Shown here one piece after another: positions 1-7,928 of a stretch of 39,520 nt of DNA. The DNA is from Planctomycetota bacterium (GTDB lineage: Bacteria > Planctomycetota > B15-G4), in assembly GCA_036229545.1 (NCBI GenBank), contig JAZALG010000091.1, forward strand, positions 1 to 39,520, written 5' to 3'. The number at the start of each line of letters is the position of its first letter. Position 1 is the stretch's first letter. The notes beneath the pieces were generated by a model. That model ran no database searches and had not been told where the DNA came from. It worked only from the letters and a program-made list of their open reading frames with translations. Made by a program: the position numbers and the translations under genes.

Positions 1-258
1 GGTGCGGGTCAGATGACCGGCGATCTGCAGACCGCCATGATCATCAACAATGACGACGGGGGTACCACGACCAACAGGATGGCCTATGCGATGACCTCGG
101 GCTGGACAACGAGCCCGTCGGGTATCCCTGCGTTCCTCGCCCTGCGTTTCGTCAACCTTCAATTGCTTGGCGAGGGATGTACCACCATTTGCATTGCTGT
201 GGATCAGGACCCCGACACGGGACTCTGGGCTGCCTTCGGCGTTGGTCTCGCCGAGTGA
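1..258 (+). CDS. 3' end of a CDS entering from upstream; hypothetical protein (C-terminal 85 aa)
   Basis: Frame 1 is open from nt 1 to TGA 256-258; the ORF track lists only the part from the internal Met at 13. Gly/Thr-rich, no motif recognised. A strong hairpin follows at 296-327. Confidence 0.4.
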   Translation, partial: GAGQMTGDLQTAMIINNDDGGTTTNRMAYAMTSGWTTSPSGIPAFLALRFVNLQLLGEGCTTICIAVDQDPDTGLWAAFGVGLAE

Positions 259-295
259 GCGTAACGGCTCTCTCGTAATCCCTCAGCCCGTTTCT

Positions 296-327
296 GACAG
301 GAACCGACGCGGCTTCGGTTCGCTGTC
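296..327 (+). terminator. putative intrinsic terminator hairpin after the upstream CDS
   Basis: gacag-gaaccga / loop cgcggct / tcggttc-g-ctgtc gives a 12-bp stem with one bulged G, 38 nt after the stop at 258. The downstream tract (cgtctgttg) is only weakly T-rich. Confidence 0.4.
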
Positions 328-351
328 CGTCTGTTGCCCTCGTATGCGGGT

Positions 352-792
352 ATGAGTAGTTTAATGCGCATGAATGACTCGTCGCCATTACCCATTCTTC
401 CCGATGGATGGGAGAGGCCTTCTGGGTATACCCACGGCTGGAAAGTCCCCGAAGGACGCAGCATTCTCTTTGTGGCCGGACAGGTTGGCTGGGATGTAAA
501 CGGCCAGTTCGCCAGTGAATCATTTGCGGAGCAGTTTGGGCAGGCTCTCGTAAACTGTATCGCCGTTGTTTCCAAGGCGGGTGGCAGTGCGCAGCACATC
601 GTGAGACTTACGGTCTTCTGCCTGGATCGCGATCAGTACCTCGCCCAACGTGAAGAGTTGGGCAAGATTTGGCGATCCGCCATGGGATCTCACTATCCCG
701 CGATGACGGTCGTGCAGGTGTCTTCTTTGATGGAAGACGAGGCTCTTGTCGAAATCGAGGCGACAGCGGCTCTGCCAGCGGTAGCGGAGTAA
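352..792 (+). CDS. RidA/YjgF/UK114-family (endoribonuclease L-PSP-like) protein
   Basis: Translation has FVAGQVGWDVNGQ..., ...RLTVFCLD... and the family-typical C-terminal ALVEIEATA. Start is uncertain: TTG 334, or ATG at 352, 364 or 370. TAA at 790-792. Confidence 0.75.
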   Translation: MSSLMRMNDSSPLPILPDGWERPSGYTHGWKVPEGRSILFVAGQVGWDVNGQFASESFAEQFGQALVNCIAVVSKAGGSAQHIVRLTVFCLDRDQYLAQREELGKIWRSAMGSHYPAMTVVQVSSLMEDEALVEIEATAALPAVAE

Positions 793-797
793 GGCTC

Positions 798-1286
798 ATG
801 GTGCGTAGCACTTGGGCAGAACAGAGACAGCGGCAGGGAGTCCTCAAGGGGCTGATCGAACAGGGGAAGCTGGAGAATCAGTCCCACCTCGTTGCTCTGT
901 TGGCAGAGAAGGGTTTTGTGATCACCCAGTCCAGCTTAAGCCGTGATCTTTCGGCGATTGGCGCACAGAAAATTGATGGTCATTACCGGATCATTCCCTT
1001 TGGAGAGGGGGCCGACAGGGAGGGAGAGAAATACCCCAGCCTGAGCGAACTGCATCCCTTTGTTCGTTCTTATGTCACGACAGGGCCCCATCTCGTGGTT
1101 GTGTCGACGCGTTCCGGTTTGGCTCAGACCGTAGCTCTTGCCTTGGATGAGATGATGATGCCGGAGGTTGCGGGCACCATTGCGGGGGACGACACCGTTT
1201 TCGTGGCGACTGTAACTCGCCGAGCCCAAGTGAATCTGATCAGGCGCTTCGAGATGCTGTTGCCTTCGCCGGAGGACGAGGCATAG
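798..1286 (+). CDS. argR: arginine repressor ArgR
   Basis: N-terminal winged helix (QSHLVALLAEKGFVITQSSLSRDLSAIG) and the C-terminal oligomerisation/arginine-binding motif GTIAGDDTVFV. ATG 798 lies 5 nt after the ridA-like stop, with GGAG 8 nt upstream. Confidence 0.85.
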   Translation: MVRSTWAEQRQRQGVLKGLIEQGKLENQSHLVALLAEKGFVITQSSLSRDLSAIGAQKIDGHYRIIPFGEGADREGEKYPSLSELHPFVRSYVTTGPHLVVVSTRSGLAQTVALALDEMMMPEVAGTIAGDDTVFVATVTRRAQVNLIRRFEMLLPSPEDEA

Positions 1287-1323
1287 GCCCGAACGCTTTC
1301 GGAATGGAAGGGAATGCCAAAAT

Positions 1324-1358
1324 AAAACGCCCGCCCCGGAATCCCGGAGCGGGCGTTT
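1324..1358. terminator. bidirectional rho-independent terminator between convergent argR and lipoprotein genes
   Basis: aaacgcccgc (1325-1334) pairs perfectly with gcgggcgttt (1349-1358). An inner ccgg/ccgg stem has an aatc loop. There are A-runs on the left and T-runs on the right, so a U-tract is available on both strands. Confidence 0.7.
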
Positions 1359-1384
1359 CAATGTTTAGATCTGGTTCTTGAAGA

Positions 1385-1822
1385 TCAGTCGCCGGCGAGT
1401 GTCCAACCTGTCCATCCGAAGGCCACTGATGATGCGAGGTCCAAGACCTGCCATGTATGGACTGTTCCAGACATGCCAAGACCTGCCCCCATCGTCATCG
1501 AGCAATCCCACCAGTCGGAACCGGAGTTAAAGCCACCAAGGAATCCACCAAACTCTCCTTGGAGGGCACCGGAACCGATACCTAAAGCGGAAAAGTCCGC
1601 GTAGTCAAAAACACCGACGCGAGCCCAATCCGTCATCTTCATGTGGGCGCCGAACTTGTAGTCCAGCCCAACGTTTCCATCAACAGTTTCCCAGGCATCA
1701 GCAAAAATGCCGGGAATCCATCCTTGGAAATCCAAACCCGCTGCTGGAGCGGGAGTATCACTGGCTGGCACCGCAGAACATCCCACGGCGAAAGCCAAAG
1801 CAACGCAAAGGAAAATCCTCAC
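1385..1822 (-). CDS. small Gly-rich lipoprotein, hypothetical
   Basis: N-terminus MRIFLCVALAFAVGC is a signal peptide with lipobox-like AVGC. GTG start is preceded by GAGGAGGAAAGG. No family recognised. Confidence 0.6.
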   Translation of the reverse strand: MRIFLCVALAFAVGCSAVPASDTPAPAAGLDFQGWIPGIFADAWETVDGNVGLDYKFGAHMKMTDWARVGVFDYADFSALGIGSGALQGEFGGFLGGFNSGSDWWDCSMTMGAGLGMSGTVHTWQVLDLASSVAFGWTGWTLAGD

Positions 1823-1941
1823 TTTCCTTTCCTCCTCGAGTTTTGCTCAGCCGCCGTAGGCGCGCGCCTTCGGCAGTGCATGCCGTTCGACATGCAATCC
1901 ATGGGAACATAGATGGACAGGCCGAATGCTTCAAAGGTCTT

Positions 1942-1955
1942 TCGCAGAATGTTTT
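1942..1955. promoter_or_regulatory. T7A7 perfect palindrome at the core of the most AT-rich patch, in the divergent region upstream of the chemosensory operon
   Basis: tttttttaaaaaaa read directly. The surrounding ~1935-1985 is far more AT-rich than the rest of the window. A weak sigma-70-like pair follows: TTGTGA (2021-2026), 17 nt spacer, TAAGTT (2044-2049). Function is not demonstrated. Confidence 0.25.
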
Positions 1956-2104
1956 TTTAAAAAAAGAAGATATTTGAGGAAGTGCTAAAGAAGACCCCTT
2001 TTGAAGCCGAAGGGCACCTATTGTGATGTGTTTAATTCGCTCATAAGTTGCAAAATCGCAGTGCATTTAAGAAATCGGGGGATTTTCGTCGAAAGAAGTG
2101 GGCA

Positions 2105-2533
2105 ATGTCCCCTCCCAATCCATCGTTTACTCCACAGATAGATCCAAATGCATCAGTCCAAGTCCTGGCTGGTGGAATTCGTATCACGTTCGACACAAAC
2201 GCTGTCGAATGCGTGGATGACATTGGCAATCCCGTCGTTGTTCCTGGGGCCACGTCCTGGTGTTGCGGACTCGTTCGGTGTGGTGGGAGGTTGATGACTC
2301 TGCTCGATGCGGGGCTTTTGTTCGGGCATCGGCCGTGTAAAGCGAGGTTTCTCGTTGTTCTGAAAAACCTTCCCGTCGAAACCGCCCTTGCTGTTGACCA
2401 GATTCTTGTCGATGGGGCATCTCCGTCAGAAGCGGATGTCATCCTCAATTCAGAAACCCTACGGGATCACCCCGCTTTTCAGCCGGGCGCTGCCGCCGCT
2501 CCAGGGGCCGTCCTCGTGGAGGACCCGTCATGA
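2105..2533 (+). CDS. cheW: CheW-like coupling protein
   Basis: CheW-domain pattern: ...VLAGGIRITFDTNAVECV...VPGATSWCCGLVRCGGRLMTLLDAGLLFG...RFLVVLK...ALAVDQILV. ATG 2105 is preferred over the track's TTG 2048. The stop overlaps the MCP start (ATGA at 2530-2533). Confidence 0.75.
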   Translation: MSPPNPSFTPQIDPNASVQVLAGGIRITFDTNAVECVDDIGNPVVVPGATSWCCGLVRCGGRLMTLLDAGLLFGHRPCKARFLVVLKNLPVETALAVDQILVDGASPSEADVILNSETLRDHPAFQPGAAAAPGAVLVEDPS

Positions 2534-4326
2534 AATGGAGCACCTGGTTGAATCGATATACCTCCATGCGTGGAAGGTTGAGCATTCTGATCATCGGGTT
2601 TTTGGTCACTCCTGTTGTTGTGACGGCTTTCTTCGTCGCCCAAGCCGTAGGGAATGAGGAGCAGAGCCGCGTTGATGCGGCGGTGTCGGGTTTGGAAACT
2701 GCCGTCGAACTGCGCCTGTCTGAAGCCGCTAGCAGCCTGAGCCAACTTCTGGATGGTTCTCTTTCCTCGATGGCGATGCGTGCAGCACGCTTGGATGGGC
2801 CTCTCAAGAACGGAGAGATCGATCCCTTCGAGGACTGGTCTCCCGCGCTTCGGCCCACCTACGTTGGGTTTGTCAGTGCCTCTGGTTCTGTGACTCCCCC
2901 CCTTCCCGCTCCCCTTGCTGACCGCATCATGACGGCGCTTGGTCGGGGAGAGCCTGTGCAGGGGCACGAGGCTTTCGAGGATTCCTCCGAAGTTTCTCCC
3001 CACCGGCTTGCTCAGGTGGTCATCGAGCCGATTCGCAACGGGAATTCGATTGTCATGATCCGAGACGTTTCTGGTGCCTCGGGAGCTGCTCTTCTTTCGA
3101 GCCTCCCTGCTGGACGGCTACTGGATCGTGCCCTGACGGTGAAGGGGACGCCTGTGGCGGTTACGGGAAGCGGCCTGGCACCCGATCGTTTGTCTGCACC
3201 CTGGCTTGCCCCAGGAAGTTGGGAAGTTGCCGCTTCTTCGAAGGGTCGCCAACTTCCTCCTCATCGAGTTTGGGAGGGATTGCACTACGCGACCGTACCG
3301 CTTCTCAACCTCGAGGGCGCACCGGTCGGCATGATGGCCCTACGAGCCGCACCGGATGATGTTTTGCCCTTCTGGGCGCGGTTTGGCGATCGTCTTCCGC
3401 TGCCCCACCTGCTGAACACTGTCGTGGGCTGGGTCGCCATTGTTGGTGTTTTGATCGCCATCTTCATGGGGATGCTTGCGCCTCAATGGATTTGGAGCGA
3501 TATCCGACAATCGACGAATCAGATTTCAGAAACCGTACAGCGGTTGCGCCATATTGCGGGTCGGAATAAGACCGCTCTTGCCGAACAGGCAGAAGTCGTA
3601 AGAACCTTGGATGATTCTTTCAGCAACCTGAAGGAATCCTCTCTGGCCATCGATGCTTCGGCTCAATCTCTCGCTCGAAATGCCCAGCAGTCCGAACAAG
3701 TTTCTCATTCTGGAAGCGAGAGTGTGGAAATCGCGGAGCGTTCCATGCTCGACATGCAGAATCGTGTGAGTGACGTGACGGAGTTAATGGAGCACCTCGG
3801 TCGCCACGCCCATGAAATCGATCAGATCCTCGAATACGTCCATCTCCTCAATGCCGGGACAAAGAAACTGTCTGTAAATGCTGGGATTAAATCCCATGAC
3901 CAGGAAGCAGCGGCACGGCAACTCGCCCTGGTGGCACGGGAGGTTCGAGATCTTGCGGCTCAGGGAATGGACTACACCGATGACATCGAACGGCGTGTCT
4001 CGGAGATCAAGTCGTCTTCGGATAACACCCTGGCGGCCTCTCGAGAAGGTCGAGAGGAAGTGCGGCGATGCTTAGAGACTTTCGGTGAACTTCAGGTTTC
4101 CTTTGGCCGGATTCTTCATTGGATGGAAGAGACGACGGATTTTGTTCATCGCATCGAGGGCAGCACGGGACGGCAGTCGGATTCGTTGAACGATGTCTCT
4201 GTAAGCGTTTTGCGTCTTCAAGAGCGGGCGACGGAATCTAAGGAGAGTTTTGAAGAGGTGGAAGAGGCCATCGCTGAGTTGGCCACCCTTGGTGAAGAGA
4301 TTCGAATGCACTGGAAGGTGGGATGA
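2530..4326 (+). CDS. methyl-accepting chemotaxis protein-like transducer (2 TM, ~255-aa periplasmic domain, HAMP-like linker, divergent signalling domain)
   Basis: TM1 is about aa 17-39 and TM2 about aa 296-317. HAMP-like segment: PQWIWSDIRQ...AEVVRTLDDSFSNLKES. The signalling hairpin LLNAGTKKLSVNAGIKSHDQEAAARQLALVAREVRDLAAQ aligns without gaps to the canonical [32 protein letters not shown]. Confidence 0.75.
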   Translation: MKWSTWLNRYTSMRGRLSILIIGFLVTPVVVTAFFVAQAVGNEEQSRVDAAVSGLETAVELRLSEAASSLSQLLDGSLSSMAMRAARLDGPLKNGEIDPFEDWSPALRPTYVGFVSASGSVTPPLPAPLADRIMTALGRGEPVQGHEAFEDSSEVSPHRLAQVVIEPIRNGNSIVMIRDVSGASGAALLSSLPAGRLLDRALTVKGTPVAVTGSGLAPDRLSAPWLAPGSWEVAASSKGRQLPPHRVWEGLHYATVPLLNLEGAPVGMMALRAAPDDVLPFWARFGDRLPLPHLLNTVVGWVAIVGVLIAIFMGMLAPQWIWSDIRQSTNQISETVQRLRHIAGRNKTALAEQAEVVRTLDDSFSNLKESSLAIDASAQSLARNAQQSEQVSHSGSESVEIAERSMLDMQNRVSDVTELMEHLGRHAHEIDQILEYVHLLNAGTKKLSVNAGIKSHDQEAAARQLALVAREVRDLAAQGMDYTDDIERRVSEIKSSSDNTLAASREGREEVRRCLETFGELQVSFGRILHWMEETTDFVHRIEGSTGRQSDSLNDVSVSVLRLQERATESKESFEEVEEAIAELATLGEEIRMHWKVG

Positions 4327-6362
4327 AGACTTCAACGCAAGATCCCACCCTTCTCAGAGTTTTTGAGACGGAAGTAGAAGACTCCGTTGACCGGATTCAT
4401 TCGGCTCTTTTTCGATTCGATCGGAGACAGGATCAGGGGGATCCAATCCCGGAAGAAGTGTTTCGTCTTTTCCACGGATTAAAAGGGTCGGCCCGAGTCA
4501 TGGGTAATGAACAAGCAGCCTCCCTCGCTCACGCAGCCGAGGATCGGTTGCAAACTTGGGAGGGGTCGGCGAGGCCCGATTCTTCTGAGATTGAGATGTT
4601 GGTCAGCGCTGCTGAACAACTTCGTGAAATCGCCCTCGATCCTGAAAATTCTGACATCCAACTCAGAGCGCGCCACATGGCTTCACGCCTACGTGCGTCC
4701 AAGAGTTGTCCCGCTCCAGAGGAAAAGGAACGTTCACAACGCAGCCGAAAAATAAGCCCGCAGAAGACCCCTTGGGTCTGTGAGTCATCTCAGGAACGCG
4801 ACACCGTGACTGTTCGACGTGAGCCCTTCGATCGCGTTGTGGACGGTGTCTCAGGACTTCTTTCTGACGCCTTTGCAGCAGAACGGTGTACAGAGGGGTT
4901 GACGCGAGTCTTGCACCATCTGGTCAAACTGCCCGCGGACACAGGACTTGGACAGGAGTTTGCGGCAATTCGCAGGGAACTTCGCAAGGTCACCCACTCG
5001 GTGCGTGATGTGGCACGTCTTGTCCATGAACACGCCGGACAACTCGCCGGCCATGTTCGCCATATGTGCGGTGTCCCGGTACGAGGGCTCTTGGTTCACT
5101 TGGAACGCACGGCTCGGGATGCCGGCCGATCGTTAGGTCGGAGTGTTCACCTGAACTTTGATCAGGAGATAGAAGATCTTCTTCTTGACGGGGATCTTGT
5201 CGAAGGACTCAAGGAACCGCTGGCCCATATGATTCGCAATGCGGTCGATCATGGAATCGAACCGGCTTCGGAACGTCGGCACTGCGGAAAACCTGAACGA
5301 GGCGTCATTCACCTGGGATTCACCGTTCGGAGCGATGTCGTAGAAATCGAACTCAGGGATGATGGCAGAGGTCTGAATCTGACGGCTTTGCGTCTGCACC
5401 TTGGATCCTCGGCCGATAGCCTCACGGATCGTGAAGTCGCAGCGGCGATCTTCCATCCCGGCTTGTCGACAAAGAATGAGGCGAGCGAGATTAGTGGCCG
5501 GGGCGTGGGATTGAGCGCAGTGGCAGCCATGGTTGCGGATCTCCGTGGACAACTGAGCGTCGATTCGACTCCCGGTGAAGGGACAACCTTTCGTCTTGTC
5601 CTGCCTCGAAATCTTTCTGTCCTCAAGGGCCTTGTTGTAGAGGTCTCAGGAGTGCGCTGCGTCATTCCGGCACATGGCATGGAAGAGGTGGGTGACCGCA
5701 CCGGAGGCGAGCATTCTCTGGCAAGGATTTTTGGATTGCCAGAAGGCAAACCTGCGGCAAGAGTCCGCCTGAAGGGTCGCACCGGTACGGTGGACGTTTC
5801 TGTGGATCACATTGGCAGTTGTCTCGCTGAGGTGATCAGCCGTCCGCTTTCGAGTCATCTGGGTGCAGTCCCCTTTGTTCAGGGGGCAGCCATTTTGAGT
5901 CGAGGAGACCTGGCTCTTGTTCTGGATGCAAGGGGTCTTGCCGACCGGATTCTCGGGGCGAGTGCGTCGGACGGTTCTTTTCCCCAGCAAGATCGACGCA
6001 TTCTGGTGGTGGACGATAGCGCGACGATGCGTGCCCATCTCGCTCAGAGCCTCCGAGCACAGGGATGGGAAGTGGAACTTGCCTCAAGTGGAGAAGAGGC
6101 CGTGGAGTGCTTTCGAACCCAGGGCGTTTCAGCTGTGGTCACCGATATCCAGATGCCTGGGGGCGACGGTTTTGAAGTTCTGAAGGTCGTCGCTCGTCGA
6201 GTGCCGACCTTTGTGGTGACGAGTTATCCTTCCGAAGTGGACCGAGGACGAGCGCTTGCTCTGGGAGCGAGAGAGTACCTGACGAAGTCGGAGGCTGTTT
6301 GCGGGGAAGTGGTGGATCTGCTGGCCTCCCTTCTTCCGACATTTCAGGGTGCAAGGTCATGA
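4323..6362 (+). CDS. cheA: hybrid CheA histidine kinase with C-terminal receiver domain (CheA-REC, WspE-like)
   Basis: Hpt H-box FRLFHGLKGSARVMG; N-box HMIRNAVDHGIE; G1 DDGRGL; G2 GRGVGLSAV. A CheW-like P5 segment (VVEVSGVRCVIPAHGMEEV) is present. REC: ILVVDDSATMR...VVTDIQMPGGDGFEVLK. ATGA overlaps at both ends. Confidence 0.9.
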   Translation: MKTSTQDPTLLRVFETEVEDSVDRIHSALFRFDRRQDQGDPIPEEVFRLFHGLKGSARVMGNEQAASLAHAAEDRLQTWEGSARPDSSEIEMLVSAAEQLREIALDPENSDIQLRARHMASRLRASKSCPAPEEKERSQRSRKISPQKTPWVCESSQERDTVTVRREPFDRVVDGVSGLLSDAFAAERCTEGLTRVLHHLVKLPADTGLGQEFAAIRRELRKVTHSVRDVARLVHEHAGQLAGHVRHMCGVPVRGLLVHLERTARDAGRSLGRSVHLNFDQEIEDLLLDGDLVEGLKEPLAHMIRNAVDHGIEPASERRHCGKPERGVIHLGFTVRSDVVEIELRDDGRGLNLTALRLHLGSSADSLTDREVAAAIFHPGLSTKNEASEISGRGVGLSAVAAMVADLRGQLSVDSTPGEGTTFRLVLPRNLSVLKGLVVEVSGVRCVIPAHGMEEVGDRTGGEHSLARIFGLPEGKPAARVRLKGRTGTVDVSVDHIGSCLAEVISRPLSSHLGAVPFVQGAAILSRGDLALVLDARGLADRILGASASDGSFPQQDRRILVVDDSATMRAHLAQSLRAQGWEVELASSGEEAVECFRTQGVSAVVTDIQMPGGDGFEVLKVVARRVPTFVVTSYPSEVDRGRALALGAREYLTKSEAVCGEVVDLLASLLPTFQGARS

Positions 6363-7288
6363 CGACTCAGATTCTGATTGTTGACGATAGCGCTACCGTG
6401 CGCGCCTATCTCTCTGGGGTGATTCAAGATGCTGGCCTCGAAGCTGTTGCTGTTCGTGATGGACTGGAAGCGCTTGACGTCCTCGGTCCCGGCCACAGAG
6501 TTCATGTTGTTCTGACGGATCTCTTTATGCCGCGCATGGATGGTTTTGCCCTGGTGGAGTGCATTCGAAATTCGGAAAGGCTGAGGAGCCTTCCGATCAT
6601 CATGCTCACCCATTCACAAGCAGGTGAAGACCAACTGATCAATCTGAAAGCAGGGGCGAATGACTTTATTCGTAAACCGTTCGATGACACGCTCCTGATG
6701 ACCAAGGTGGAAAATCTCGCGGCCTTGAGAAAGAGCCAACTCGAGGCGGAGGAGGCAAGTTGGACAGATGCCTTGACCGGGATTACGAACCGTCGTTTTG
6801 GTGAGATCCGGCTTCAAGAAGAGATTGACCGGACCAGTCGGCATGGACAGGCATTGGCAGTCGCATTGCTTGATGTCGATCATTTTAAGCGGGTGAATGA
6901 CACGCTGGGTCATAGCGTGGGAGATGACGTGTTGATTGCACTGGCCGAGGCCCTCACTCAAGCCACCCGTTCTTCGGACATCCTGGCTCGCTGGGGGGGG
7001 GAGGAGTTTCTCATGGCGTTTCCGGGCACCACTCTTGAAGAGGCCGCGTCGATTCTTGACCGTTTTCGACGTTGTCTTGCTGACACGCCTATTCCAGTCA
7101 AGGCGCCCGGAGTCAGGGACTTGCGAATCACGATGTCCGGCGGTGTCGCTCTCTTCGAACCCAATGAGCCGGTCCAAGATTTGATCGAGAGGGCGGACCG
7201 TGCTCTCTATCTGGCGAAGGAGGAAGGCCGCAACCGTTTATCGATCTGGAAGGCGGGCGATCTCCGTCCCACGGGCTCGACCTGCTAG
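6359..7288 (+). CDS. response regulator-diguanylate cyclase (REC-GGDEF, WspR/PleD-like)
   Basis: REC: ILIVDDSATVR...VVLTDLFMPRMDG...FIRKPF. GGDEF: DALTGITNRR...LLDVDHFKRVNDTLGH..GD...RWGGEEF. The RSSD I-site lies 5 residues before GGEEF. ATG 6359 overlaps the cheA stop (ATGA). Confidence 0.9.
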   Translation: MTTQILIVDDSATVRAYLSGVIQDAGLEAVAVRDGLEALDVLGPGHRVHVVLTDLFMPRMDGFALVECIRNSERLRSLPIIMLTHSQAGEDQLINLKAGANDFIRKPFDDTLLMTKVENLAALRKSQLEAEEASWTDALTGITNRRFGEIRLQEEIDRTSRHGQALAVALLDVDHFKRVNDTLGHSVGDDVLIALAEALTQATRSSDILARWGGEEFLMAFPGTTLEEAASILDRFRRCLADTPIPVKAPGVRDLRITMSGGVALFEPNEPVQDLIERADRALYLAKEEGRNRLSIWKAGDLRPTGSTC

Positions 7289-7914
7289 TTGTCGCGAGGA
7301 AGGTGCCCAGGCCTCATCGTATTCCAAGATGTTCTGGGCAGGGGGCTGCCGTCGATGTCGGATAGGCGGACCTGAAGGTTCATCGACCCTTCGGCTTCTC
7401 CATGTTCTTGTGCGACTTTGATGAGGAGGACATCAAAGGCGCCGGTCAACTGAACGACTGACCGGACGGTGCCCCAAGTCCCGCTCGGAGGAGATGGGGC
7501 ATCAATGACGAGTTCACCTTCAAACCAGACCCTGGCGCGTCCGCGGTGTGACACGTGGAGGACGGCCTGCGTGTTGGGCCACCCGATGTCACTTTTTTCC
7601 CTTTGAACCAGGCTATAGACGTAGCCCATAGAGGGTGGGGCGCGGTCATTGAAGAGGGTGTCTAACGGGAGAATGGGTTCCGTCGAGGAAAAGCCCCTCC
7701 ATGTCCGTCGTTGTAAGCGTTGCCCAGTGAAGACTTCTCGAAGATTGGCTTCTCCGAGCCGATCGACCTCAAAGTCTTGTGGGTCTTGTAGCCCCCATGA
7801 ACCTGCGACAAGCCCCTTGTCGAGAAAAGGAACTTGAGGTGACGGTGGAGAGGTGATGACCTCTCGCGCGCAGGACACGAACAACAGGCAGGACAGCAGT
7901 CCCGCTCCGCTCAC
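7285..7914 (-). CDS. hypothetical lipoprotein/secreted protein
   Basis: The ORF runs 7285-8007. The hydrophobic stretch GAGLLSCLLFVSC looks like a lipoprotein signal. GTG 7914 avoids the overlap with the upstream tatD-family gene; ATG 8007 would overlap it by 79 nt but supplies a basic n-region. Start unresolved, no family recognised. Confidence 0.45.
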   Translation of the reverse strand: MSGAGLLSCLLFVSCAREVITSPPSPQVPFLDKGLVAGSWGLQDPQDFEVDRLGEANLREVFTGQRLQRRTWRGFSSTEPILPLDTLFNDRAPPSMGYVYSLVQREKSDIGWPNTQAVLHVSHRGRARVWFEGELVIDAPSPPSGTWGTVRSVVQLTGAFDVLLIKVAQEHGEAEGSMNLQVRLSDIDGSPLPRTSWNTMRPGHLPRDN

Positions 7915-7928
7915 CCTCCGTATTGAGC

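Noticed and set aside
1859-1870. Perfect 12-bp GC palindrome AGGCGCGCGCCT (imperfectly extendable to 1854-1875) in the leader of the small lipoprotein gene
   Set aside because: Short GC palindromes are common in GC-rich DNA. There is no second copy, no adjacent regulator and no U-tract. It is noted but too weak to call a site.
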